Made by a program: the position numbers and the translations under genes
Notes under the pieces: model-generated
What the model was told of the DNA's origin: nothing
What the model saw: the letters and a program-made list of their open reading frames with translations, nothing else
Databases searched by the model: none
Origin: Candidatus Kerfeldbacteria bacterium
Lineage (GTDB): Bacteria; Patescibacteriota; Patescibacteriia; UBA10025; JAHIVO01
DNA length: 64,000 nt
Direction: 5' to 3'
NCBI GenBank assembly: GCA_016214565.1
Contig: JACROE010000002.1
Location: 664,007-728,006, forward strand
Shown: one piece after another, positions 32,201 to 40,140 of the stretch
How the letters are laid out: the number at the start of each line of letters is the position of its first letter
How positions within the stretch are numbered: position 1 is the stretch's first letter

Positions 32201-35200
32201 TATACTGGCGTCGGGGCAGGATCGGAAATCATTACCTCAGGCACCGGCACGTGGACCGTCACAGGTAACGTGACTTTTACCGGCGGGACGTACACGGCGA
32301 CGGCCGGCAATACCTTGGTTATGAATGGGGCAAGCGTGACGCTCACCAGCGCCAGTCAGACATTACAGAATCTGACTTTATCTGGTTCCATCACCCTGGC
32401 AAATGCTACTCATACGGTAAATGGCAATCTTGATATGGCGGGGGGGACGATCAGTGCTGGTTCCTCGACTATAACTATGACTGGCACCAGTAATACTATT
32501 GTTGGCGGTGGTAATTCGATAAATGCATTGACTATTGATCCATCCTCAGCCGGTACTATCACGCTCCAGACGTCGAGTCTGACCGTGGCAGGACTGCTCA
32601 CGGTTTCAGCGAGCGATACGCTCTCGATAGCTTCGGGAATTACCTTGAGCAATACGAGCGCCTCGGACGTAGCTGGCACTGGCACCATCAGTGGCGCTGG
32701 TACGCTGCGGTTTACTAATGCCTCAGGCGGTCCGGGAACGACGATCACGACTTTGAGTTCCGTTGTGCGATTTGACGCCACTTCTGGTAATATTGCCACA
32801 ACTACATTTGATGTGCGTACCTACAGCGGCCCGGTTGAATTTTACTCGAGTAGTGGCACGGCTCGTACCGCCACCTTTGCCGCTGGCACATATACTATTT
32901 CCGGGGCTTCGTCGTATCTCTATGTTATCGCTGACGGCGCTAGCCCGGGTGACCTGACTCTGGCCGGTGCGACGAATAACCCGACGGTCAACGTCGGTGG
33001 CAGCGTTGATTTCACCGGGGTTGGCGCTTCGAGTGAGGTAATTACTTCCGGCACTGGCACCTGGACCGTCGGTGGCAGCGTTGATTTCACCGGCGGGACA
33101 TTTACCGCTGCCAGTGGTAATACCTTAATTATGAATGGGACGGGGACGCTGACGTCTGCCAGTCAGACACTGCAAAACGTAACGTTGTCGGGTACTATTA
33201 CCCTGGCTAATGCCACCCATACGATTAATGGTAATTTGAATCTGACCGGCGGCAGCACCACGGCTGGCACCTCGACCGTGACTATGACCGGCACCTCAAA
33301 TACGATCACGGGCGGCACGAAGACGCTCAATAATCTGACCATCGATCCATCGTCAGCCGGTACCATCACGGCGCAGACCTCAAACTTTACAGTAGCGGGA
33401 ACGCTCACTGTGGCGGCCAGCGATACGCTTTCGCTGAATAGCATTACGCTGACGAATACTGGTGCAGCGGAGGTAGCTGGCACTGGGGTCATCTCTGGCG
33501 CCGGAACACTTGTATTCACCAGTACCTCCGGCGGCCCCGGTACAACTATCGCGACCTATAGTGCAACGGTTCGGTTTGACGCAACTAATGGTGACATTGC
33601 CGGTAGCACCGTCGATGCTCGGACGTACAATGGTCAGTTCTCATTTATTTCTACCAGCGCTACCGCTCGTACCATTACCATGGGCGCCGGTACCTTCACA
33701 CTCTCCGGTGCCAGCTCACATTTTTACGTAATTGCCAATGGCGCCAGTCCGGGCGACCTGACCGTCACTGGCGCTACCAATAATCCAACCGTAACTATCG
33801 GTGGCGATTTGGACTTCACCGGTAGCGGATCGAGCCAAGAGGGAGTGATTACCGGCAGTGGCACCTGGACAGTCAGCGGCAACGCAGATTTTGCCAACGG
33901 CTCATTTACCTCCTCAACCAACAATACGTTTATCATGGATGGCACGTCCAAAACAACCACTGAGTCGACGTGGAGTGGGCTCGTCTTTTATAATTTTCGT
34001 TCAAGCGGGTCAATTACCTTTATCACGTCATTTGAGGACGCAGTTGTTTTGAATGATTTGACCATTGATTCAGGAAAGTCCCTGACTGGTTCTACTGGCG
34101 GCATTACGAGCGTTGGGCATAACTTTACGAATAACGGGGGGACCTTCAATGCGAATTCTGGAACAGTGAGTATGTACGGTTCGGCTGGCGCTATTAATGG
34201 TAGCGGTTCGACCACGTTTAATAATTTGACCATTATGGGTACCCCGGCTAGCGTGACCATGAGTAATGCTGATAATACAGTGTCCGGCACTTTGACCGTT
34301 GATACAGGTGACACTTTATCATTATCCTCTGGTCGGACGCTGTCAGCGACGGGTGCTGGAAACGTGGCAGGTACCGGCAGTATTACCGGGGCGGGGACGC
34401 TGCGTTTCACGGATACGTCAGGCGGACCCGGCACTACCATCGCTACTTTGAGCGCTATTACCCGCTATGACGCGACTAATGGCAATATTGCCTCGACGAC
34501 ACTTGACGCTCGGACCTATGGCCAGGTCGAATTCTATATGACGGGTTCGACGGATCGTTCAATCACGTTTGCTGCCGGTACTTATACTCTCTCTGGCGCT
34601 ACGGCTCATCTATACATGATTGATAACGGTTCAAATCCCGGATATCTGACCGTGGACGGGAGCGTTAATAATCCGACCGTGACTATCGGTGGCGACTTTG
34701 ATTCTACTGGGTCGTGGGGTGGGGGGATTGTTATTTCAGGCACGGGAGCTTGGACTGTTTCAGGGAATGTTGATTTCACTAATATGGTATTTACCGCGAC
34801 AACCGGGAATTCCTTTACCATGAATGGGGCCTCAGCATCACTGACCCCAAATTTCAATAATATGTATAATTTTTTAACTGCCGGCACGGGTACTATTACT
34901 TTATTGAGTATCTTAACAGTCAATAATAATGTTACAGTTGGGGACTCTTCGACTTTCACGAGTACGGAAAGTCTTACTATCGAGGGGAGTAGTCTGACGG
35001 GAACCGGTACTTTTGCCTTCAGCACCGGCACGGTATACATCAGAGGTGATGGGGGGTCGCTGGGTGGCAGCAATAATGACTGGACGTTTGGCAGTCTTAG
35101 GTTCAGAATTGCTGACTCGTGTTCAATTACTTGTAATATTGGTTGTAATCGATTGACTACCTCCGCGGGCGGCTCAGGTGCGATGATTATTCAGGGTACT

Positions 35201-37039
35201 ATTCGGACGGATACGTGTTCGTACGGTTTTGGAGAAGGGACTGCCGCGCACCGATTTGATGCGGGAAGTAAGACGTGGGTTCTTCAGGGTTCGGGGACGG
35301 GAGCCAGCGCCCCATTGTTTAACACCTTCTTTAATTATGATACATCGACATTCCGTTTTACGGGTACCGGCACAACCGATATCTCCTCGACATCTCGGTA
35401 TTACAATTATGAATTATTACCTGCTAGCGGCACACCAACCTACAATTTCCTCGGTGCAGGTATCTATGGTAATGCCGTCATCGGCACGTCAGTAAATTTC
35501 GTTCACGGATCAAACTCTTTATACATGTATGGTGATGGGAAAACTATTGATGCAGGCGGTAAGACGCTCTATGATTTTTATGTGCTTGGAACAAATAATA
35601 CAGTGACTGTGATCAATAATGATATCAGCGTGGCTGGGCTATTACATGTCGAAAGTGGTGATACGCTTTCGATTAATGCCAGTCGAACTCTCAGTGATAC
35701 CGGCGCGGCAAATGTGGCGGGAACGGGTACTATCAGCGGCGCGGGTATATTGCGTTTCACTGATACCGCCGGCGGTCCCGGGACGGCTACCACCATCTCT
35801 GTGCCTGTCCGTTTCGATGCCAGCGCGGGGAATATCGCAGCCGGAACATTTGATGCGCGGACGTATGGCGGTGCGGTAGAGTTGTATGGCAATAATGCGT
35901 CGAACAGTATTACCGCGCCAGCCGGTACATTTATCTTTAGTTCAACGGTATCAACCACCCAGGGTGGCACGGGCGCCACGACCACGAATTTGAATACCAA
36001 CGATCCGACGGTGACGGTCACCGGCGATCTAACCATTGGTGCAAATACCGTGCTGCAAGCATCCAGCAGTGGTACGTTTAATGTGAATGGCAATTATACG
36101 AATTCAGGCACCTTTACGGATAATGGTGGGACGGTTACCCTGGGCGGCAGCAGTCAGCAGACGCTCTCGGGCAGTATGACCGGCACCTCAAATGATTTTA
36201 ATAATTTAGTTATTACCAATGCCTCTGGTTCAAATCCGGAGACATCTCCGTCAGTCATTTTTGCCTCGGGCGCGGACACGGCTGGGACGTTTACCGCTAC
36301 CACTGCTAATACTAAGCTTCGCTTCAATGCTGGCTCGACGTATGCTCTGCAAAATATTTCATTTAATGGCCAGGCAACCGGCACCCGCGTATTCCTCCGT
36401 AGTTCCTCGACGGGTACGCAGTGGAATCTCAATGTGGCCGGTACGCGCTCGGTGTCAAATACGAATGTGCGCGATTCTGACGCGTGCGGTCAGCCACCAA
36501 CCATAGACGCTTCGGACGGCACGAATTTTGATGCAACCAATAACGATTGTTGGTCTATGTATGCGATCAGTTTTAGTATTTCTGATACCAGTATTGGGTT
36601 TGGCTCACTGGGCACCGGACAATCACGCTATGCCTCGGCTGACGGCACGGGGTCGGCCGCTGAAGTGGAGGCTCACACCCTGAGCGCGGCGAGCAACGCG
36701 GTAGGTGGCTATTCAATCTTGGTCCTCGGTACAACGCTGACGTCACCCGATAGTGATACGATTGCCGCTATCGGCGGTACGAATACGGCGCCAAGTCCGG
36801 GGACTGAGCAATTCGGCATTCGCGCAACAGCTTCGGGGGGCAGCGGGTCAGTCACCGCGCCCTATGCCGCGGCTGGGTTTGCCTATGATCTGCTGAATTT
36901 CCCCGATGAAATTGCTGGTTCGGCGGGCGCTTCGACCACGACCACTTATTCACTCCGTTATCTGGGGAATATCAGCTCGACGACTACGGCGGCGACATAC
37001 GGGGCTGATGTTACGTATGTCATGGTTCCAGAATTTTAA
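23228..37039 (+). CDS. Giant 4603-aa protein: N-terminal HTH (excisionase/MerR-like) domain, one TM helix, then a huge extracellular region.
   Basis: Uninterrupted ORF with a GTG start. Residues 30-75 are LLTIEQVSEILGVHPNTLRNWDRAGKLRAVRIG (HTH_17-like). The TM helix is LFVFSVLLVAFSFAVVQVSFFAYIYL. The extracellular part has tail-collar-like segments (PTGW...FIRG...THTHT...PQYFDVIMAEC), at least six ~270-aa tandem repeats (GPGTT...YVIADGASPGDLT...NNPTV...ANATHTVNGNL) and a C-terminal domain ending in F. Confidence 0.75.
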   Translation: MAFRWFKIVNKVTPTSIKKQIDFASLPNLLTIEQVSEILGVHPNTLRNWDRAGKLRAVRIGSRQDRRYDKQSIQKLYTELHPPVLKPAEPPTPPALPEATAEKSYVLEPGFSWRSFQLYFLSRKFSLFVFSVLLVAFSFAVVQVSFFAYIYLARAEEVGQEIVAVQPTSASGWETSAQALAIDLLPAASLEEFADANAAHYHTTPTTDADGPVTIEQEVELEDSQVAIEEESAVPLNASLPELVVSNFIAPDTIESGDVITKTGFRVSLAADGTPESEDVLVLEYSLDQGANWQQLESLVLTDDLSNAIHGGYFEYALAPLASITDVSAIQFRARMNAGANSASGVVWIDGVELQLETQRPDPIVEDITSSVSFVADTDMDLTSQEQPVIAVETEEKSSFEFIGVEPITREVGSVTITSPDGATRDVSVSRDSAVTDMGTTTSLAIDPSTLTEPGKYTVTVTVEQDGREKQVAYEFTWGALAFNTDQANYQLGEIATFSLGAVDDTGHIICTADMRLSIVDPAGTETVLTSADGTIQVTDYCSIKDVYQGPDYVATYVPTLPGAYQVTLVATVHGQTRTVSDAFSVLPEPAYTIKRDGPTRVFPNVPQPMRLVVTPTSAFTGTVREFVPGNFDVYPENGGRIQPYDTGTEIVRSIVWDISLEAGTSATLGYTFKSPEKSPALFALGPATAGDWTEPRAWQLVIDPAYMYVLGNSASAPTGWTNDTATFAGYYPRGAATTDTTPPTGGAASHTHTVSGQNISAPSTEVTITGWGCIDFCLNSATTAHTHGINSLTVGSANNDPLNHTFYLWKSNATDPTTIPNNAYVFFDTAPAGSWTRFSAADNRLVKINSSNTTGGTSDTHTHSLTWGSLTAASGSTSLQADGITYTAASSTHTHTAPTGTTSTSYTLLPSYIQSLIYQATADNSVPQNLIAMWDAAPPTGWTTVSGASQTYNGQFIRGSASYSATPQSADTHSVANQTSGATGSASANGATTAVGTGAARNTHTHTITASFSASTDHKPQYFDVIMAECTNGGGCGAAASITVSGSVYSDEGSTKITAAAKTVVLWVNGSATACGGGACTAETSNGDYSISNVTATSGDVLTLFLDNETEKATTFLVSNGSTVSTAHLYQNRVILRHDTGASITNANIESGDRDATGETDILAEVATSNLTVDSNYELHIWTGGTQAYDPGGTVTTQGTGDLHVDDSASAYMDTASNSIAQNVTIDAGATLYGQNTTTVNGAANAGVSAAGTLNISGGTFTVGNGTDEDLTLNAGTLTVSGGTLTVKDQIKTTSGGSAETVNITGGITNAQGTGTTTSAPLYIPDGTITVGGGGGTATVNTSGNLYQTGGTLNVNTNSDINVTGEFQMPSGSPILELNDGSLDSTSHWRLNAGTINLDGGSHHTGNDGIVEMTNGGNAVTFNMTGGDLYMRGLLVYNSGTLTTSTCTGGNIHLGIVAGPSINYYLVNTSGTYQIYNLLIDQTAFINASSTQTFKVKGALTIANTMTFTTNSKTMQVDGGWVNNGTYTGGTSTITLRGGNISGTSDTSFSTLNIGDATTTATVTVNGTDDPTVTGTMLVDTGDILSIGASRFVTHSGGTYTLNGTVSGAGTMTFTNTSPGPGTTGSLTSTTRYDATNGNVASTTVDVRTDYQQLEFYSNTATARSITLAAGTYITNVTNGNVYVIADGASPGNLTLDGATNNPTMDIAYSLDFTGAGTASEIITSGTGVWQVGQHVDFTGGTYTATAGNTLDMDGIGTLTSAAQTLQNLTLSGTITLANATHTVNGNLVLGNGLTAGTSTVTMTGTSNTITGNNRTLANLTIDPSSAGTITLQTSNLTTSGTLTVAAGDTLSIASGITLSNTAAAEVAGTGNIGGAGTLLFTSASGGPGTTISTLSAITRYDASSGNIAAATIDARTYAGSVEFYSNSATARTATLNTGTYSVSSLYVIADGNSPGDMTLVGATNNPTVTIAGNLDFTGTGTASEVITSGTGTWTVSGHVDFTGGTYTATTNNTLVMDGVSVNIYGNGQSLYNFSISPSTIGTVSMQTSDLTVTGTITLSGTCQLTINAGLNFTLGSAGTLTRGAGCAIAGTGTFIYQPATFSQTSGVTSGIRFDATNNNQTINGNYTFSRAVEFYNAHASTARTITLGNAGGRTFTFSSTATVTAASGGTVSVDANTNDPNLTFTGAVSIGGASGASATLSANSANTLAFNGAVTVNATGVLTTNGSTVMTMAGDYTNNGTFNAGAGTVTLNGSGTQILSGTMTGGSAFNNLIVTNASASNPDISFAASATVGATFTATTASSQIRFLAGGTYTFQNIALNGQATGTRVALTSSSTGTQWNLNVAGTRSVSNTSVRDSTACGQAPNISANDGTNLSLGNNSCWTFPGIIISGTANGNVGATVRYAVNGSLQTDTGTIGASTWSIEGLTAPAVNDEIIVWIDNVADANESSGVTSYDGSGDITGMVLDTHVLTLGSNDNQSISQTVLQTVYDNFNDEDIMFRCPIVASCTLAVDDDSVYTDDRLTILSGTTWVMGPNDGINTHDIQIDGTLTAGTGSITVSGSWDNNNDFNSSGSETIYFTSTTTEIIDSTGAVDSDVYNVNFTGVGGQWTLNSTWVVNNDVTMSAGTFRVNSDLYVNGGDITGDGTLTYTAGSPNVIMGSASGNFGGANPWTFFNLQFSHTALCNAPVTTATGAGSVTINGTLTLQADGGCACTETDCPSHNLDLGSKTWILTASGTPLVADGEIIGSTSTVRYTGTGATNITTTNPNLTDYYYTLELQPASGTPTYTLLSTGTASYEIRGNLTISTSVNLTVTGSTVFMTGTGTLDAGGKTLNNLTINPAAAQTVTVQTNDVTVAGNLTVTANGVMSISNGRTVTWTGATLTLAGAISGQGILRVDSVGVIPATGTLSSIVQLYATNGNTVVMYARTYGGEVQIYNSSVTSRTITMEAGTHTITGASSALNLRAENNGDMTLVGATNNPTVSVSGNLIYTGVGAGSEIITSGTGTWTVTGNVTFTGGTYTATAGNTLVMNGASVTLTSASQTLQNLTLSGSITLANATHTVNGNLDMAGGTISAGSSTITMTGTSNTIVGGGNSINALTIDPSSAGTITLQTSSLTVAGLLTVSASDTLSIASGITLSNTSASDVAGTGTISGAGTLRFTNASGGPGTTITTLSSVVRFDATSGNIATTTFDVRTYSGPVEFYSSSGTARTATFAAGTYTISGASSYLYVIADGASPGDLTLAGATNNPTVNVGGSVDFTGVGASSEVITSGTGTWTVGGSVDFTGGTFTAASGNTLIMNGTGTLTSASQTLQNVTLSGTITLANATHTINGNLNLTGGSTTAGTSTVTMTGTSNTITGGTKTLNNLTIDPSSAGTITAQTSNFTVAGTLTVAASDTLSLNSITLTNTGAAEVAGTGVISGAGTLVFTSTSGGPGTTIATYSATVRFDATNGDIAGSTVDARTYNGQFSFISTSATARTITMGAGTFTLSGASSHFYVIANGASPGDLTVTGATNNPTVTIGGDLDFTGSGSSQEGVITGSGTWTVSGNADFANGSFTSSTNNTFIMDGTSKTTTESTWSGLVFYNFRSSGSITFITSFEDAVVLNDLTIDSGKSLTGSTGGITSVGHNFTNNGGTFNANSGTVSMYGSAGAINGSGSTTFNNLTIMGTPASVTMSNADNTVSGTLTVDTGDTLSLSSGRTLSATGAGNVAGTGSITGAGTLRFTDTSGGPGTTIATLSAITRYDATNGNIASTTLDARTYGQVEFYMTGSTDRSITFAAGTYTLSGATAHLYMIDNGSNPGYLTVDGSVNNPTVTIGGDFDSTGSWGGGIVISGTGAWTVSGNVDFTNMVFTATTGNSFTMNGASASLTPNFNNMYNFLTAGTGTITLLSILTVNNNVTVGDSSTFTSTESLTIEGSSLTGTGTFAFSTGTVYIRGDGGSLGGSNNDWTFGSLRFRIADSCSITCNIGCNRLTTSAGGSGAMIIQGTIRTDTCSYGFGEGTAAHRFDAGSKTWVLQGSGTGASAPLFNTFFNYDTSTFRFTGTGTTDISSTSRYYNYELLPASGTPTYNFLGAGIYGNAVIGTSVNFVHGSNSLYMYGDGKTIDAGGKTLYDFYVLGTNNTVTVINNDISVAGLLHVESGDTLSINASRTLSDTGAANVAGTGTISGAGILRFTDTAGGPGTATTISVPVRFDASAGNIAAGTFDARTYGGAVELYGNNASNSITAPAGTFIFSSTVSTTQGGTGATTTNLNTNDPTVTVTGDLTIGANTVLQASSSGTFNVNGNYTNSGTFTDNGGTVTLGGSSQQTLSGSMTGTSNDFNNLVITNASGSNPETSPSVIFASGADTAGTFTATTANTKLRFNAGSTYALQNISFNGQATGTRVFLRSSSTGTQWNLNVAGTRSVSNTNVRDSDACGQPPTIDASDGTNFDATNNDCWSMYAISFSISDTSIGFGSLGTGQSRYASADGTGSAAEVEAHTLSAASNAVGGYSILVLGTTLTSPDSDTIAAIGGTNTAPSPGTEQFGIRATASGGSGSVTAPYAAAGFAYDLLNFPDEIAGSAGASTTTTYSLRYLGNISSTTTAATYGADVTYVMVPEF
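27960..36000 (+). repeat. Near-identical ~0.8-kb tandem coding repeats inside the giant gene, at least six copies.
   Basis: The motif cagaatct(g/t)ac..tc.gg...atcaccctggc.aatgctactcatac.gt.aatggcaatcttg recurs at 28531, 32373 and 33172. Protein blocks such as DTLSIASGITLSNT and GGPGTTI recur about every 270 aa. Confidence 0.7.
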
Positions 37040-37150
37040 TATTATATTGCATCTTGGTTAGTGAAATGTTGGTTAGTTGCAGTATGGAAAAAAATGTGTT
37101 ATACTATGCTGGTTATGGAGGGTATTTCGGGAGGTGATCTAATATTTTAA

Positions 37151-38182
37151 ATGAATATTATTATGTCACAAAGAATATCAATTGGACTACTCATATTGAT
37201 TGTTATGAGTGTTTTGGTTATTCCGCGCAGCATGATTCATGCCGCTGCCCTGACCAATGTCAGTGACACCATGACTCGTCTGCAGCAATCGACCGATTCG
37301 AATCATGTCATTGCCTTCACGACCGCGACCTCGCTGGCCGCAGCCGAAACGATCAAGATTCAGTTTGATCCAGCCGGGGATGCTTTCACGCTCAAGGGTA
37401 CTCTGACTAATGCCGATATGACTGGTTCAGGCTTTACCGTTGTAGCCGGGTGTGGGGGTGGCGCTTCTGAGGTGACGGCGACGGTTGATACCAGTGCACC
37501 GGATGAGAATATTACTTTAACGGTTTGTTCGGGAGATACTGTAGCTGCCGGAGCGAAAAGTTTGACCATCACGAATAATGAGATCACCAATCCGTCTTCA
37601 GCAAATACCTATGAGATTGAAATCACGACGACCAGCGACTCTGGTTCATTGGCCGTGGTGATTGTCTCCGATGATACAGTCAATGTGAGTGCCACGGTTG
37701 ATCCGTCTTTGACCTTCAGCATCTCCGACACCACGATTGGGTTTGCCACACTGAGTTCATCGGCCAGCCGATGGGCAACCGGGGATTTACTTGGCAATGC
37801 CGCCGAGACTGAAGCGCACACCCTGATTGCCGGCACGAATGCCACCAGCGGATATAGCATCACGCTCAATGGCGCCACCCTGACTTCAGTCGCGGCCGAT
37901 ACCATTACTGCGATCGGAGCTAATAACACCGCGCCGAGCACTGGCTCTGAGCAATTTGGCGTTCGGTATACAGCCAGCGGCGGCTCAGGCGCAGTGTCCG
38001 CACCATACGCGGCAGCTGGTTACGCATTTGACACAGCCGCTTTTCCCGACGAGATTGCTGCGGCTACGGGCCCATCTGCTAACACCACCTATTCAGCGCG
38101 CTATTTGGCAAACATAGCATCAAATACCGAAGCCGGTACATATACGGCAGATCTCACATATATTGCCACCGCTACATTCTAA
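37151..38182 (+). CDS. Secreted protein of 343 aa. Its C-terminal ~160 aa is homologous to the C-terminus of the giant protein.
   Basis: It has a signal peptide. The C-terminus SISDTTIGFATL...AETEAHTLIAGTNATSGYSI...EQFGVRYTASGGSGAVSAPYAAAGYAFD...FPDEIA...TYTADLTYIATATF is collinear with giant-protein residues ~4440-4603. Confidence 0.6.
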   Translation: MNIIMSQRISIGLLILIVMSVLVIPRSMIHAAALTNVSDTMTRLQQSTDSNHVIAFTTATSLAAAETIKIQFDPAGDAFTLKGTLTNADMTGSGFTVVAGCGGGASEVTATVDTSAPDENITLTVCSGDTVAAGAKSLTITNNEITNPSSANTYEIEITTTSDSGSLAVVIVSDDTVNVSATVDPSLTFSISDTTIGFATLSSSASRWATGDLLGNAAETEAHTLIAGTNATSGYSITLNGATLTSVAADTITAIGANNTAPSTGSEQFGVRYTASGGSGAVSAPYAAAGYAFDTAAFPDEIAAATGPSANTTYSARYLANIASNTEAGTYTADLTYIATATF

Positions 38183-38240
38183 GGCAGCGTCTCATGCGAT
38201 GAGCGGGCTACAAAAATAAATAATTATTAGGGAGGAACGT

Positions 38241-39266
38241 ATGTCACTCAAATCGTTAATGGTAGCAGTAATCGTGCTTGGTGGTTTACTAGTCGTTGCC
38301 GCGAATGCGTCAGCACTTACCATCATTCCGCCGTCATTAGAATTTGAAGCGCCACCTGGGCAAACCTATGAAACGACGGTCAAATTATTTAATGAAACGG
38401 ATCAGGCAGTTACGCTCTATACTGAGACGACAAATTTCGGCGCAGCGGGAGAATCCGGGCGTCCCTCATATCGGTTTGACGCTGATCCCGAGGGACTCAG
38501 TTCGTGGGTGACAGTAGGTGACGGCCCGTTTGAATTAGGGCCTGGAGAGCGGGTAAATGTGCCTCTCAAGGTGACACCACCGGCTGATGCTGAACCCGGC
38601 GGGCATTATGCGGCAGTCTTTTTTTCTGATACGCCGCCTACGGCTGCAGCTGGTGGAACCGTGTCAGTCGGAACCAAGATTGGTATTTTACTCCTCGCGC
38701 GTATCCCGGGAGAGATTGTTGAATCGGGCAGTATCAAAGAATTTTACCTTGGCGATAAAACCTCTGGCATTAATCGGTTACCCGTGACATTTGTCACGCG
38801 ATTTGAGAATACAGGGAATCTTCATTTGCGCCCGACAGGCTCGATTGAAGTAACGAATATGCTTGGCCGCGCGGTTTCCACCCTGGAATTCAATCCAGCG
38901 AATGGTGCGACGTTGCCCAAGACGATTCGTAAGTATGAAACCATTTGGCAGAAGGGTGACGTGGTTGAGGGGTCTGGTTTTTGGAATGAATTTGCCAATG
39001 AACGGAATAATTTGGCAATTGGGAAATACACCGCTACGATAACTACCGATGCGGGAATAGAGACAACTTTAACCGATAGCGCCAGCTTCACGTTTTGGGT
39101 GTTCCCCTGGCGAGTGATGTTGATTTGGGGTGTCGGCATAATCATTATATTGGTAATTCTCTGGTTCCTCATGCGCCGGTACAACAAATGGATTGTGGCA
39201 AAAGCAATGCGAGCCCAAGGGTCAGATAGACCGACCGCATCGGGTTCAGGCAAACCTAAGAAATAA
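38241..39266 (+). CDS. Cell-surface protein with a signal peptide, an Ig-like beta-sandwich region and a C-terminal TM anchor with a basic tail.
   Basis: It follows a strong RBS AGGGAGGA. The N-terminus ALTIIPPSLEFEAPPGQTYETTVKLFNETDQAVTLY resembles pilus-chaperone or CscA-like (DUF916-type) proteins. The C-terminus is WRVMLIWGVGIIIILVILWFLMRRYNKW. Confidence 0.45.
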   Translation: MSLKSLMVAVIVLGGLLVVAANASALTIIPPSLEFEAPPGQTYETTVKLFNETDQAVTLYTETTNFGAAGESGRPSYRFDADPEGLSSWVTVGDGPFELGPGERVNVPLKVTPPADAEPGGHYAAVFFSDTPPTAAAGGTVSVGTKIGILLLARIPGEIVESGSIKEFYLGDKTSGINRLPVTFVTRFENTGNLHLRPTGSIEVTNMLGRAVSTLEFNPANGATLPKTIRKYETIWQKGDVVEGSGFWNEFANERNNLAIGKYTATITTDAGIETTLTDSASFTFWVFPWRVMLIWGVGIIIILVILWFLMRRYNKWIVAKAMRAQGSDRPTASGSGKPKK

Positions 39267-39278
39267 TTATTTTCACAC

Positions 39279-40139
39279 GTGCCGATGCTGCGGACGATTT
39301 TCCAGTACGGCGCAATGTTGCTCCTAGCCTTCTGGCTCGGGAGTGTTACTTTGGCAACGGCGCTGGACGTTAATATTTCCGCAGTAGTCGAAGAAAGTAT
39401 TCCTGAACAACAAGACACCATCATTCAGTTTAGTGGGTTAGCATATCCTAGCGGCGCTGTGACCGTGCGGCAGGATGGCGTGATTTTGACCACTACGACG
39501 GCAGATAGCGCTGCCAGTTTTTCTACCAGCTCGATCGTGACGTCGGGCGCTCATACGTATGCATTGACTGCCGTTGATTCCCAAAATCGGACAGGCAGCG
39601 CTACTTCATATACGCTTAATCTCAGCCAAGGCGCGACGGTGACAGTCTCAAATATTTTCCTCGGGCCAACGGTGGCAGTATCTGCTTCGAGTATTACGGC
39701 AGACCAATCGGTTAATTCATTGGGTATTACAGCGCCCAATAGTACGGTGACGGTATATGTCACATCGTCGTATACCGGTGGCGGCTCTGATAGCCGTGAA
39801 TTCCAAGTGGTGGCCGACGGTTCAGGTATCTGGACGCGCCAGTTCACCGGCACAACGCTGGGCGTCGGTTCACACGTCGTCCGGGCGCGAGCTACCAGCA
39901 GCTCATTGACTTCATCCTATAGCAATTCGTTAGTGATTGCGGTTGATCAGGCCAATCCCTGCGCCACGTCTACCCCCGGCGATATTAATTGTGATGGATC
40001 GGTTGATTTGGTTGATTTTAGTATTTTATTGTATTACTGGAATACGACTAATCCGGCACAAGCGCGGACTGATATCAATGGCGATACAACCGTTAATGTC
40101 GTTGATTTCAGCATCTTACTTTACTATTGGACTGGCTAA
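39279..40139 (+). CDS. Secreted protein with a C-terminal dockerin domain.
   Basis: The C-terminus has two dockerin repeats: DINCDGSVDLVDFSILLYYW and DINGDTTVNVVDFSILLYYW. Confidence 0.7.
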   Translation: MPMLRTIFQYGAMLLLAFWLGSVTLATALDVNISAVVEESIPEQQDTIIQFSGLAYPSGAVTVRQDGVILTTTTADSAASFSTSSIVTSGAHTYALTAVDSQNRTGSATSYTLNLSQGATVTVSNIFLGPTVAVSASSITADQSVNSLGITAPNSTVTVYVTSSYTGGGSDSREFQVVADGSGIWTRQFTGTTLGVGSHVVRARATSSSLTSSYSNSLVIAVDQANPCATSTPGDINCDGSVDLVDFSILLYYWNTTNPAQARTDINGDTTVNVVDFSILLYYWTG

Positions 40140-40140
40140 T

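Noticed and set aside
27960-36000. CRISPR-like regularity in the tandem repeats.
   Set aside because: The units are ~800 bp coding repeats within one ORF. They are not short repeats with unique spacers. No cas genes are present.
23441-36506. Dozens of 60-170-aa ORFs, mostly antisense, inside the giant gene.
   Set aside because: They are a by-product of repetitive, Thr/Gly/Ala-rich coding sequence with few stop codons on the opposite strand. Their products are Val/Pro/Ala low-complexity. No RBS was seen.
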